From positions 1 to 64,000 of the forward strand of contig JANVYR010000001.1 of the NCBI GenBank assembly GCA_030059665.1: DNA of 64,000 nucleotides, written 5' to 3'. The position numbers were made by a program, and so were the translations under genes. This DNA comes from Candidatus Calditenuis fumarioli. GTDB taxonomy: Archaea > Thermoproteota > Nitrososphaeria_A > Caldarchaeales > Calditenuaceae. A model generated the notes under the pieces. That model searched no databases. It saw nothing but the letters and a program-made list of their open reading frames with translations, and had not been told where the DNA came from. Shown piece after piece: positions 28,181 through 36,138 of this stretch; within the stretch, counting starts at the first letter, position 1, and every line of letters begins with the position of its first letter.

Positions 28181-29407
28181 TCAGCCGGCTGAGCGGAGCC
28201 GCTGCACCAGCTCGACCACCTCCTCATCCGTCAGGTCCCTCTTCAGCAGCATGGCCCTCGACTTGATCGCCGTTAGTAGCCGATCGACTTCCTGCTCGCT
28301 GACCTCTATGCCCAGCTTCTGGAGCTTGTAGCGCAGTGAGTCTCGTCCGCTCTTCTTCCCGATTACCACCCGCACAGGAGGCTGACCGACCAGCTCGGGA
28401 AGGAACGGGAACACCTCGTTCGGATACTCGTGCTCGACGTTGACCCACCACCCGGCAACGATCCCGGACTCGATGTGGAATATCCTGTCACCTACGACCG
28501 GATGTTGGGGCTCGAGTTTCACCCTTGAGAGCTCCTCCACCAGCTTCGAGAGCTTCTTCAGCCTTTCCGTCCTGACGTTGACCTCGACTCCGTAAAGAAG
28601 CTTCAAGGCCATCACCGTCTGCTCGAGCGACGCGTTCCCGGACCTCTCACCTATCCCGTTGACGGAGACGTGAACCGTCTCCACGCCGTTAACCACGGCG
28701 AAGACGGTGTTGGCTACAGCGAGGCCGAAGTCGTTGTGAACGTGGATCTCCAGCGGTTTCCCCACACGGGACCTGAAGAGGCTGACGAAGCGTGCTATCG
28801 CGTGAGGGGAGCATGCCCCGAAGGTATCGACGAGGACGAGCGAGTCCATGTGACCTTCGGTTGCCACCGAGTTGATGAGCCGCCAGGCGGTCTGGAAAGG
28901 AGCCCTGGTCGAGTCTATCGTGAAGAAAGCCACATAGAGCCCGTGTTCGTGTGCGTACCTGGTGGCGTCGACTGCCAGCTGGATGGCCCTCTCCTCATCC
29001 CATCTGTAGGCCCTTCGCAAGAGGTGATCGCTGGACGGTATCTCGACCACCACTCCATCCACGTCGCACTTGAGAGCCAGGTCGATGTCGCTCCTCAAAC
29101 ACCTCGAGAACGCGAAGACCTTGGAGCTGAGACCGAGTTTTGCGATCTCCTTCACGGCCTCGAAGTCCTCCTGGGAGACCGCGGGCATACCCGCCTCGAT
29201 CCTGTCAACCCCGGCCTCATCCAGGGCCCTGGCGATCTCGAGCTTCTCGGCTTTCCTGAACGCTACACCAGCCTGCTGCTCACCGTCCCTCAGCGTCACG
29301 TCGTGAACGTACACCCGTTTCGGCATGTCACGCAGCTGCCGCAGAACCTCTTCATCGAAGTTGTAATGACTTACGAAATACCCTTCTCCGACATGCTTTT
29401 CGTTCAT
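28181..29407 (-). CDS. DRE-TIM metallolyase (homocitrate/isopropylmalate/citramalate synthase-like), no LeuA regulatory domain
   Basis: DVTLRDGEQ, IEAG, HVHND, GIGERSGN, GKKSG motifs. Confidence 0.8.
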   Translation of the reverse strand: MNEKHVGEGYFVSHYNFDEEVLRQLRDMPKRVYVHDVTLRDGEQQAGVAFRKAEKLEIARALDEAGVDRIEAGMPAVSQEDFEAVKEIAKLGLSSKVFAFSRCLRSDIDLALKCDVDGVVVEIPSSDHLLRRAYRWDEERAIQLAVDATRYAHEHGLYVAFFTIDSTRAPFQTAWRLINSVATEGHMDSLVLVDTFGACSPHAIARFVSLFRSRVGKPLEIHVHNDFGLAVANTVFAVVNGVETVHVSVNGIGERSGNASLEQTVMALKLLYGVEVNVRTERLKKLSKLVEELSRVKLEPQHPVVGDRIFHIESGIVAGWWVNVEHEYPNEVFPFLPELVGQPPVRVVIGKKSGRDSLRYKLQKLGIEVSEQEVDRLLTAIKSRAMLLKRDLTDEEVVELVQRLRSAG

Positions 29408-29768
29408 CTGTTTGCGTTCACCCTACCCATCTAATATCCTTTGTTAGCGAATTGCGTTGGACCGCAGATACCGGACTGAAACGTCGCCAGATGGTGCTGC
29501 GGAAAACGGTGCTCGGCGATCGGCATCACGACGTCAATGCGCACGGCGATGGGCGCGGTGAGCGATGAAAATGACCGTAGAATCGAGAGAATCGAGCGGG
29601 GCAAAGCACCGACGTCCCAACGCCATTCCGTCCTCAGCGGTTACGTCCAACCCTCACTCGGTTACAGACCGATCAGGGAGAATCGCCGGAAATTCCCGGG
29701 GGATTATGCCGAACGGCGCCCTGCGGGATAGAATTATAACGGGCTGGGTCAGGTGATGCAAAGGGCAT

Positions 29769-30422
29769 TTGACGGTGCGGATCTCGGGGACAGCGCTGGC
29801 CAAGGTGATCAGGCACGCCGTCTCGAGCCCGAGGAGGGAGGTGGCCGGGTTCCTCATCGGAAGGGAGAGGGGCGAGGAGCTGCTGGTGACCGACGCGGTG
29901 ACTGGCCACCAGACGGGCTCGCTCGGGCACGTAGCGCTGGACGAGATGGTGATGGCACGGCTCACCGAGCTCCTCCACTCCTCCAACACGGGGCTCTACA
30001 TCGTCGGCTGGTACCACTCGCACCCCGGGATAGGCGTGTTCATGTCGGCCATAGACTACGCCACGCAGCTGAACTACCAGCGCCTTTACCCCCGATCGGT
30101 GGCGCTCGTGGTGGACCCCGTCGAGGTCCTCAACTCGAGGGCCCTGACGCCGGCCTCGATGAGGTTCTTCAGGGTGGAGGAGGACGGCTCGGTCGTCGAG
30201 CTGAAGGCGGTGATCGAGGGCCCGGTCAGGATCCCGAGGCTGGCTGAGGAGTCCAGGCCGAGCGACTACGATGAGCCGGCGGAGATGTGGGGCTCCTACG
30301 TAGAGGGCCTGAGCGGTGGCGGACCCTCGTCATCCGTGGGCACTCCCAGGCTTTTCACCGTCAGGGTAGCATCGGTTATCAGCCAGCTCATAGCACGGCT
30401 CACGTGGTGGAGGACCAGATGA
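29769..30422 (+). CDS. Rpn11-like JAMM/MPN+ metalloprotease (deubiquitylase-type)
   Basis: REVAG Glu plus an intact GWYHSHPGIGVFMSAID (HxH-x7-S-x2-D) motif, followed by TQ..YQ and ALVVDP as in Rpn11/Csn5-type proteins. TATA-like TTATAA at ~29734. Confidence 0.9.
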   Translation: MTVRISGTALAKVIRHAVSSPRREVAGFLIGRERGEELLVTDAVTGHQTGSLGHVALDEMVMARLTELLHSSNTGLYIVGWYHSHPGIGVFMSAIDYATQLNYQRLYPRSVALVVDPVEVLNSRALTPASMRFFRVEEDGSVVELKAVIEGPVRIPRLAEESRPSDYDEPAEMWGSYVEGLSGGGPSSSVGTPRLFTVRVASVISQLIARLTWWRTR

Positions 30423-31243
30423 GCGGCGAGCGCAAACGGGTGATAATCAGGCGGAGGCCCGTCGAGGGCCAGGAGGAACAGGAGCCGTCTGCACCACTGG
30501 ACCCGTCCCAGCTGAGGGGCACTGTGCTAGAGCCGCAACCACAGGAGCAGCCGCAGACGGAGCAGACGACCGACGTGGAGCTGGAGGCGGCGCTGCGCAG
30601 GGCGAGGGAGGTCTACGACGAGGCGGTGCAGAGGTACAACGAATTCGTCTCGAGGCTAGAGAGGCTGAGGGAGAGGGACAGGAGCGTCCAGAGCGCCTAC
30701 ATGAAGAGCGAGGAGGTCTTCAGGCTGGCGGTCGTCAAGAGGAAGCTCGACGAGCTGAACGCTGAACGGAGCGCGCTCCTCACCGCAGCCGGGCCGGTCG
30801 AGCAGAGGCTAACGCAGGCGATCGCGGACCTCGAATCGGTCGTCTCAGATCTGGAGCAGATGCTCTTCGACAGGCTGGTGGACCTCGAGGAGCTGAACGC
30901 GATGAGGGGGTCAGGAGTTGCGGTCAACGACTCGGACGTCAGGATCGTCGAGGAGGAGTGCAACAGGATAAGGTCCGAGATAGCGAGGACCAGGTCCAGG
31001 ATCGACGAGCTGAGGAAGAAGGTGGAGGTCCTCAGGAGCCTGCCGAGGACGATTTACAAGATCACCACGCACTCGGAGCTCGCCGAGGAGTACTACCGGC
31101 AGCTCAAGTCGCAGCGGAACATCGACGAAGCCAAGCTGGAGGAGCACGTGAAGAAGATCATGCAGGAGGAGCAGGTGCCTTGGGAGTACGCGGTGCTCTA
31201 CCTCTACAAGCGGCTGATGAAGAGGGTGGAGCGGCCGCAGTGA
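30419..31243 (+). CDS. Hypothetical long coiled-coil protein (274 aa)
   Basis: ATGA overlap with the JAMM stop; E/R/K/L/Q-rich heptads after a P/E/Q-rich N-terminus. The ORF-track extension to 30287 is judged spurious. Confidence 0.75.
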   Translation: MSGERKRVIIRRRPVEGQEEQEPSAPLDPSQLRGTVLEPQPQEQPQTEQTTDVELEAALRRAREVYDEAVQRYNEFVSRLERLRERDRSVQSAYMKSEEVFRLAVVKRKLDELNAERSALLTAAGPVEQRLTQAIADLESVVSDLEQMLFDRLVDLEELNAMRGSGVAVNDSDVRIVEEECNRIRSEIARTRSRIDELRKKVEVLRSLPRTIYKITTHSELAEEYYRQLKSQRNIDEAKLEEHVKKIMQEEQVPWEYAVLYLYKRLMKRVERPQ

Positions 31244-32403
31244 AGCAGACGACGGAGGGTAACCAGGGCACCGAGTTCGAGTTCGAGCTGCGGTACGACC
31301 TCTGGAGGCTTGCGACGTTCGTACCCAACGAGCGCTACCCAGTACACCGGTGGTTCCACTTCAAGGAGGGCTTCTCGAGGGACCTAGTCGAGCTGCTGGC
31401 GAGGAGGTTCGGGCTGGAGGAGGGGGACGTGGTGCTGGACCCCTTCGTCGGGTCGGGAACGACGCCTCTCACGTGCATGGAGCTCGGCCTCGAGGGGATC
31501 GGGATCGACGCTTCACCACTCATGGTGATGATAAGCCTCGCCAAGACGAGGAGGTACGACCCGGAGGCGCTCGAGAGGCACGCGGTGCGGGTTGTGGAGC
31601 GCGCAAGGCCGGTCCACGAACTGGGCTCGCTGAACCCTCTGGTGAGGAAGGCGTTCAGGCCCGACGTCCTGAAGGAGGTGCTAGGGGTGAGGGAGGAGGT
31701 GATCTCGGTGGAGGACGAGGACGCGCGGCTCTTCCTGACGCTCGCGCTGATGAGGGCTGCCATGTCCTGCTCCTACGCGGTCAAGGACGGATCCGTGATC
31801 AGGATCGAGAGAAGGCCCATACCTCCTTTCCGGAAGGTCCTGAGGTCAACCATCAGGTCTATGATCGAGGACGTCAGGAGGATCTCGCTCAGGTCGGGCC
31901 CAGCGCAGATATTCCTCGGAGACGCTAGGGAGATGAGCCTGATAGGTGACGAAACTGTGGACGCGGTGATCACCTCGCCGCCGTACCTGAACAAGATCGA
32001 GTACACGCGGGTCTACGAGATCGAGCTCGAGCTCTTCGCCGGCGGCGCCAAGCCGGAGCTCCTCAGGTCCTACATCGGGCTCTCGCCGAGGATCAGGAAG
32101 GTCTCGCCCGAGGCGGAGGGGCTGCCGGACTCGGCCATCGCCTACTTCATCGACATGGAGCAGTCGCTCCGGGAGATCATGAGGGTCCTGAGGGCGGGGG
32201 GAAAGGCAGCCCTTGTGGTCTCGGGAGGGGTTTACCCCAACACGGTCGTGGAGGTCGACCTGATCCTGGCGAGGATGGCCCGCAGGCTCGGCTTCCATGT
32301 GGAGAGGATACTGGCCCTCGGAAAGCGGGTGGCCACCTACGGCCGCGTCCACAGGATAGGCGAGTCGAGGGAGAGCGCTGTCATGCTGCGGAAGGAGGGA
32401 TGA
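31240..32403 (+). CDS. N4-cytosine/N6-adenine DNA methyltransferase 1
   Basis: HRWFHFKEGFS, DPFVGSGTT (motif I) before TSPPY (motif IV); GTGA overlap with the coiled-coil gene. Confidence 0.8.
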   Translation: MKQTTEGNQGTEFEFELRYDLWRLATFVPNERYPVHRWFHFKEGFSRDLVELLARRFGLEEGDVVLDPFVGSGTTPLTCMELGLEGIGIDASPLMVMISLAKTRRYDPEALERHAVRVVERARPVHELGSLNPLVRKAFRPDVLKEVLGVREEVISVEDEDARLFLTLALMRAAMSCSYAVKDGSVIRIERRPIPPFRKVLRSTIRSMIEDVRRISLRSGPAQIFLGDAREMSLIGDETVDAVITSPPYLNKIEYTRVYEIELELFAGGAKPELLRSYIGLSPRIRKVSPEAEGLPDSAIAYFIDMEQSLREIMRVLRAGGKAALVVSGGVYPNTVVEVDLILARMARRLGFHVERILALGKRVATYGRVHRIGESRESAVMLRKEG

Positions 32404-32418
32404 CGGTGACCGGACGCC

Positions 32419-33156
32419 TCAGCCGCTGGCGCTGATCGCCGCAGCCCCCTCCTGATCGACGCGTTCCCGATCGACCCTCTCCTTGGGTATCGTGACGCGA
32501 ATCCTGACCTTGTCGCCGTCGCGGAGCCCGTACTTCCCCCGCAGGTAGACGGGCGAGATCACCTCGATCACGTCCTCTCCGTAGTGGGACCGCTCGATGA
32601 ACAGGATCGCGCAGAGCTCCGAGTCGTTGAACGTGCCCGTTATCGCCCTGAGGCCTCCGTAGGTCCTCGAGCCGTTCCGGAAGCCCTCTATCCTGATGTC
32701 CGCCAGGCGCTCGAGAACCCTCCGGTTGGCGATCGCGTCCACCGAGAGGAGCCGGACGTTCAGAGTGCCGGGATAGGGGTCGAAGCCGAGCTTCTCTCGG
32801 AACTGCTGCCGGTATCCGGGTAGCGACATGTAGTACGCGCCCTCCCCGAGACCGGAGAAGACCTTTCCCTCGATCACGTAGTCCAAGGGCCTCTCGAGCA
32901 CGAGCCTGAGGTCAGAATATAGGTCTACCAGCTGGCGGTAGCCCAGCTCGGTGATCCGGGCGTAACCCGTCCGGCCCACGTTCCTCCTCTCGATCAACCG
33001 CTCCTTCTCGAGCCTGATCAGGACCCTCGAGGCCGACTGCTGCGAGGTGCCGAGGACCCTCGCCAGGTGGGGAGTCGAGATCCTGACCATTCCGGTGATG
33101 CCGTTCTGTGACGCCAGGAAGATCAGCGCCTTCAGGGCGAGCAGGTTCAGAGCCAT
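32419..33156 (-). CDS. ribK: CTP-dependent riboflavin kinase with N-terminal HTH (RbkR-type)
   Basis: HTH (STPHLARVLGTSQQSASR) plus GKVFSGLGEGAYY, PYPGTLNV, EVISPVYLR, LRDGDKV. Confidence 0.92.
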   Translation of the reverse strand: MALNLLALKALIFLASQNGITGMVRISTPHLARVLGTSQQSASRVLIRLEKERLIERRNVGRTGYARITELGYRQLVDLYSDLRLVLERPLDYVIEGKVFSGLGEGAYYMSLPGYRQQFREKLGFDPYPGTLNVRLLSVDAIANRRVLERLADIRIEGFRNGSRTYGGLRAITGTFNDSELCAILFIERSHYGEDVIEVISPVYLRGKYGLRDGDKVRIRVTIPKERVDRERVDQEGAAAISASG

Positions 33157-33161
33157 TCGGT

Positions 33162-33174
33162 ATAACAGTGTTAT
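33162..33174. promoter_or_regulatory. Inverted repeat ATAACA-G-TGTTAT between the TATA box and the ribK start (candidate autoregulatory operator)
   Basis: Perfect 6-bp arms, lying between CTTATA (minus strand, 33181-33186) and ATG 33156. Confidence 0.4.
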
Positions 33175-33216
33175 GCCACGCTATAAGCGTATCAGGAGGA
33201 GGTGGCACATAGGAAA

Positions 33217-33843
33217 TCAGCTTACCGCTATCGTCTCGTCTCTGATGACGCCGTTCGGGCCGATCAGGAGGACGTCGATGCCGTTGCCGCTGCCGCTGTC
33301 GCGGGCCATCGAGGCCCTGAGCGCCTTAGTCGCGAGCTCGTAGATCTCGCTCGAGGACATCCCCTGCCTGTACTCGCCCTCGAGGACGCCCGCAGCGATC
33401 TCCGCACCTGTCCCGACCACGGCGAAGTCGTCCTCGATCATCGAGCCCATCGCATCCAGCACGATCACGTGGGGTCCGGTGTCGTCGAAGCCGCCGACGA
33501 TGGTCTCCGTGAGGTACGGGAAGTACCTGTTGCCGAAGAGGAGGTTCGAGACGACCTTCGCTATCACCCTGACGCTGGGCTGCCTCCTCTCCTCGATGGT
33601 GTAGAGGTTCACGAGGAACCGGACGTCCCTGATCAGGTTCTGCATGTCCGAGACGAAACCGGCACATGCGGCCCCGACCTTCGGCGTGATCTGGAAGACC
33701 TTCCTCACGTTCTTGGACATCACGAAGTAGCCGTACGTCAGCCTCTTCTCGGAGGCCAGGACGATCGCGTCCTTGCCCTTGATGCCGAGCGTCGTCGCTC
33801 CCGGGTACGGGTACTGGAACGCCATTCCGCTCACGTCGTCCAA
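33217..33843 (-). CDS. psmB: Proteasome beta subunit, Thr1->Ala (predicted non-catalytic)
   Basis: G|ATTLGIK, ASEKR, K33, AGFVSD, GTG, RDSGSG. An alternative start is ATG 33825. Confidence 0.92.
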   Translation of the reverse strand: MDDVSGMAFQYPYPGATTLGIKGKDAIVLASEKRLTYGYFVMSKNVRKVFQITPKVGAACAGFVSDMQNLIRDVRFLVNLYTIEERRQPSVRVIAKVVSNLLFGNRYFPYLTETIVGGFDDTGPHVIVLDAMGSMIEDDFAVVGTGAEIAAGVLEGEYRQGMSSSEIYELATKALRASMARDSGSGNGIDVLLIGPNGVIRDETIAVS

Positions 33844-33873
33844 TTCGGAGAATATGTGGATTTCCGGTCGGCC

Positions 33874-35076
33874 TCAGAGCAGAAGGAGCTCGGGCCTCTC
33901 GAGGTACCTGATCACAACCCGGAGGAACCTCGAGGCGGGCTCGCCGTCGACGATCCTGTGGTCGAAGGTCAGCGCGAGGGGCATCACGTACCTCGGTACC
34001 ACCTGATCGCCAACGACCCTCGGGGCCCTGACGATCCTGCCCGTGCCGAGGATGGCCGTCTCTGGGTAGTTCGGGATGGGGGTTCCGCTGAGGCCCTCGA
34101 CGGCTCCGTAGTTGGTGATGCCTATCGTCCCACCCCTGACCTCCTCCAGCGAGAGCTTCCTGCTCCTGGCCCGCTCGACCAGGTCCTCGAGGCGGCGGGC
34201 GACCTCGAAGAGCGAGAGACCGTCCGCGCCGTGCAGCACGGGAACCACCAGGCCCTCCTCCGTGTGGACCGCGACGCTGACGTTGACCCGCCTGTGGTAC
34301 CTGATCACCATCCGCTCCTCGTCGATGGTGGTGTTCATCACCGGGTATTCCTTAACGGCCTTAACGATCGCCCTGATCACGAAGGGCAGGTAGGTGAGCC
34401 TGAAGCCCATCCTCTCCGCCTCCTCCTTGAGCGTCTCCCTGACCTCGACGAGCCTGGTGACGTCAGCCTCGTCGAAGATCGTGACGTAGGCCGCGGACCT
34501 CACGGCCTTGGAGAGGTGGTCGGCGATGGCCCTCCTCACCCCCCTGATCGGCACCTCCTCGTACTCGACCTCTGTGACCGCCGTGGCCTGCGGTGCCTCC
34601 ACGAGCCTCTTAGCGGCCCTCGACTCGGCGTACCTCCTCACGTCCTCCTCGGTTATCCTGCCGCCGGGACCCGTGCCCTCGACCTCCTCGAGCGGGACGC
34701 CCAGCTCCCTCGCGAGCCTCCTGACCGCTGGCGAGGCGAGCACCTCCCTTTTCGGCCTCTCCGGCTTGACCTCGACCTCCTCGCGGCGTACCTCCTGGAC
34801 AGGGACCTCAGCCCTCTCAGTGACCCTCACCTCCGCAGGAGCTCCGACCTCCTCGATCACCGCGATCACCTGGCCCACCTTGACGACCTCGCCCTCCCTC
34901 GCGAGGATCTTGGCGATCCTTCCCTCCACAGGTGATGGCACCTCGATGTTCACCTTGACCGTCGTGACCTCGACTATAGGCTGGAACCTCCTCACGTGAT
35001 CGCCCTCCTTCACCAGCCACCTGACGACCTCGGCCTCCGTAACGCCCTCGCCGATCTCAGGAAGCCTGAACTCCAT
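33874..35076 (-). CDS. 2-oxoacid dehydrogenase E2 (dihydrolipoamide acyltransferase)
   Basis: Lipoyl domain (LPEIGEG...TVK), subunit-binding domain (ASPAVRRLARE, GTGPGGRI), catalytic DHRIVDG. Confidence 0.92.
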   Translation of the reverse strand: MEFRLPEIGEGVTEAEVVRWLVKEGDHVRRFQPIVEVTTVKVNIEVPSPVEGRIAKILAREGEVVKVGQVIAVIEEVGAPAEVRVTERAEVPVQEVRREEVEVKPERPKREVLASPAVRRLARELGVPLEEVEGTGPGGRITEEDVRRYAESRAAKRLVEAPQATAVTEVEYEEVPIRGVRRAIADHLSKAVRSAAYVTIFDEADVTRLVEVRETLKEEAERMGFRLTYLPFVIRAIVKAVKEYPVMNTTIDEERMVIRYHRRVNVSVAVHTEEGLVVPVLHGADGLSLFEVARRLEDLVERARSRKLSLEEVRGGTIGITNYGAVEGLSGTPIPNYPETAILGTGRIVRAPRVVGDQVVPRYVMPLALTFDHRIVDGEPASRFLRVVIRYLERPELLLL

Positions 35077-35087
35077 GCGACCCCACC

Positions 35088-36062
35088 TCAGAAGCTGTGG
35101 ATCTCGACGATTGCATCGAGTATCCTGTCCGAGCTGGGCAGATAAAGCGTTTCGTGGGCCAGCGGTATCGGGGACTCGAAGCCCGCGACCCGCTTCGGCG
35201 GCGCCTCGAGGTGGAGGAAGGCCTCCTCGACGACCTCAGCCACCACCTCCGCACCGTATCCGCCGAAGAAGGGCGCTTCGTGGGCCACGACCAGCCTCCC
35301 GGTCTTCCTCACGCTGCCGACGACGGTATCGAGGTCGAGGGGCTTCAGCGTCCTCAGGTCGATCACCTCGACGGATACCCCCCTCTCCTCGGCTTTCCGG
35401 GCCGCCTCGAGGGCCTCGTGGACGGTGGACCCGAAGGTGACCACCGTGACGTCCTCACCCTCCCTCACGACCCGGGCCCTTCCGATCTCGACGACGTAGT
35501 CGCCCTCGGGGACCTCGCCCTTGAGCGTCCAGTAGAGCCTCTTGGGCTCGAAGAAGATCACCGGGTCATCGGACCTGATGGCGGCCTTCAGGAGGCCCTT
35601 GGCGTCGTGGGGCGTCGAGGGACAGACGACGAAGAGCCCAGGTGTGTGGGCGAAGTACGCCTCCGGGCTCTGGGAGTGGTACATCCCTCCCCTGATCCAT
35701 CCGCCGACGGGGGCCCTGATGACCAGCGGGGCCGAGAAGTCTCCGCCTGACCTGTACCGCAGCGTTGCGAGGTTGCTGACGATCTGCTCGAAGGCGCCGT
35801 AGATGAAATCGGAGTACTGGATCTCAGCAACTGGCTTGAAGCCGTAGACCGCAAGCCCTATGGCAGCGCCCACGATGGCCGACTCCGAGAGGGGAGTGTC
35901 GACGACGCGCTCTGGCCCGAACTCCTCGAGGAGGCCCTGGGTGACGAGGTAGACGCCGCCCTTCCTCCCCACGTCCTGTCCGAGCACGATAACCCGCTCG
36001 TCGCGCCTCATCTCCTCCCTGAGGGCCTCGTTCAGCGCCTGGGCGAAGGTTACTGTCCTCAA
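35088..36062 (-). CDS. 2-oxoacid dehydrogenase E1 beta subunit
   Basis: GQDVG..GGV, DTPLSE, EIQYSDF, GMYHSQS, FFEPK, IDLRTLKPLD motifs. Confidence 0.92.
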   Translation of the reverse strand: MRTVTFAQALNEALREEMRRDERVIVLGQDVGRKGGVYLVTQGLLEEFGPERVVDTPLSESAIVGAAIGLAVYGFKPVAEIQYSDFIYGAFEQIVSNLATLRYRSGGDFSAPLVIRAPVGGWIRGGMYHSQSPEAYFAHTPGLFVVCPSTPHDAKGLLKAAIRSDDPVIFFEPKRLYWTLKGEVPEGDYVVEIGRARVVREGEDVTVVTFGSTVHEALEAARKAEERGVSVEVIDLRTLKPLDLDTVVGSVRKTGRLVVAHEAPFFGGYGAEVVAEVVEEAFLHLEAPPKRVAGFESPIPLAHETLYLPSSDRILDAIVEIHSF

Positions 36063-36138
36063 CCGCCCTCGGCCTCTGACATTTGATAACCGACGTAATT
36101 CGCTGTCGCTCCCGGAAGCGCCTCTCCGCCCATCGATC

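Noticed and set aside
29408-29768. Possible ubiquitin/SAMP gene, tRNA or att site in the 360-bp gap before the JAMM gene
   Set aside because: The listed plus-strand ORFs and my partial minus-strand translation showed no beta-grasp-like sequence or C-terminal GG, and there is no tRNA T-loop motif. Only a 9-bp tandem (AGAATCGAG x2, 29579-29596) was seen, which is plausible by chance.
33202-34935. 577-aa plus-strand ORF (and similar long ORFs 10422-11672 +, 23177-24349 -, 26925-27935 -, 38127-39716 +, 52662-53654 +)
   Set aside because: Antisense shadows of well-supported genes in GC-rich DNA, with low-complexity R/G/P/H/D composition and no motifs.
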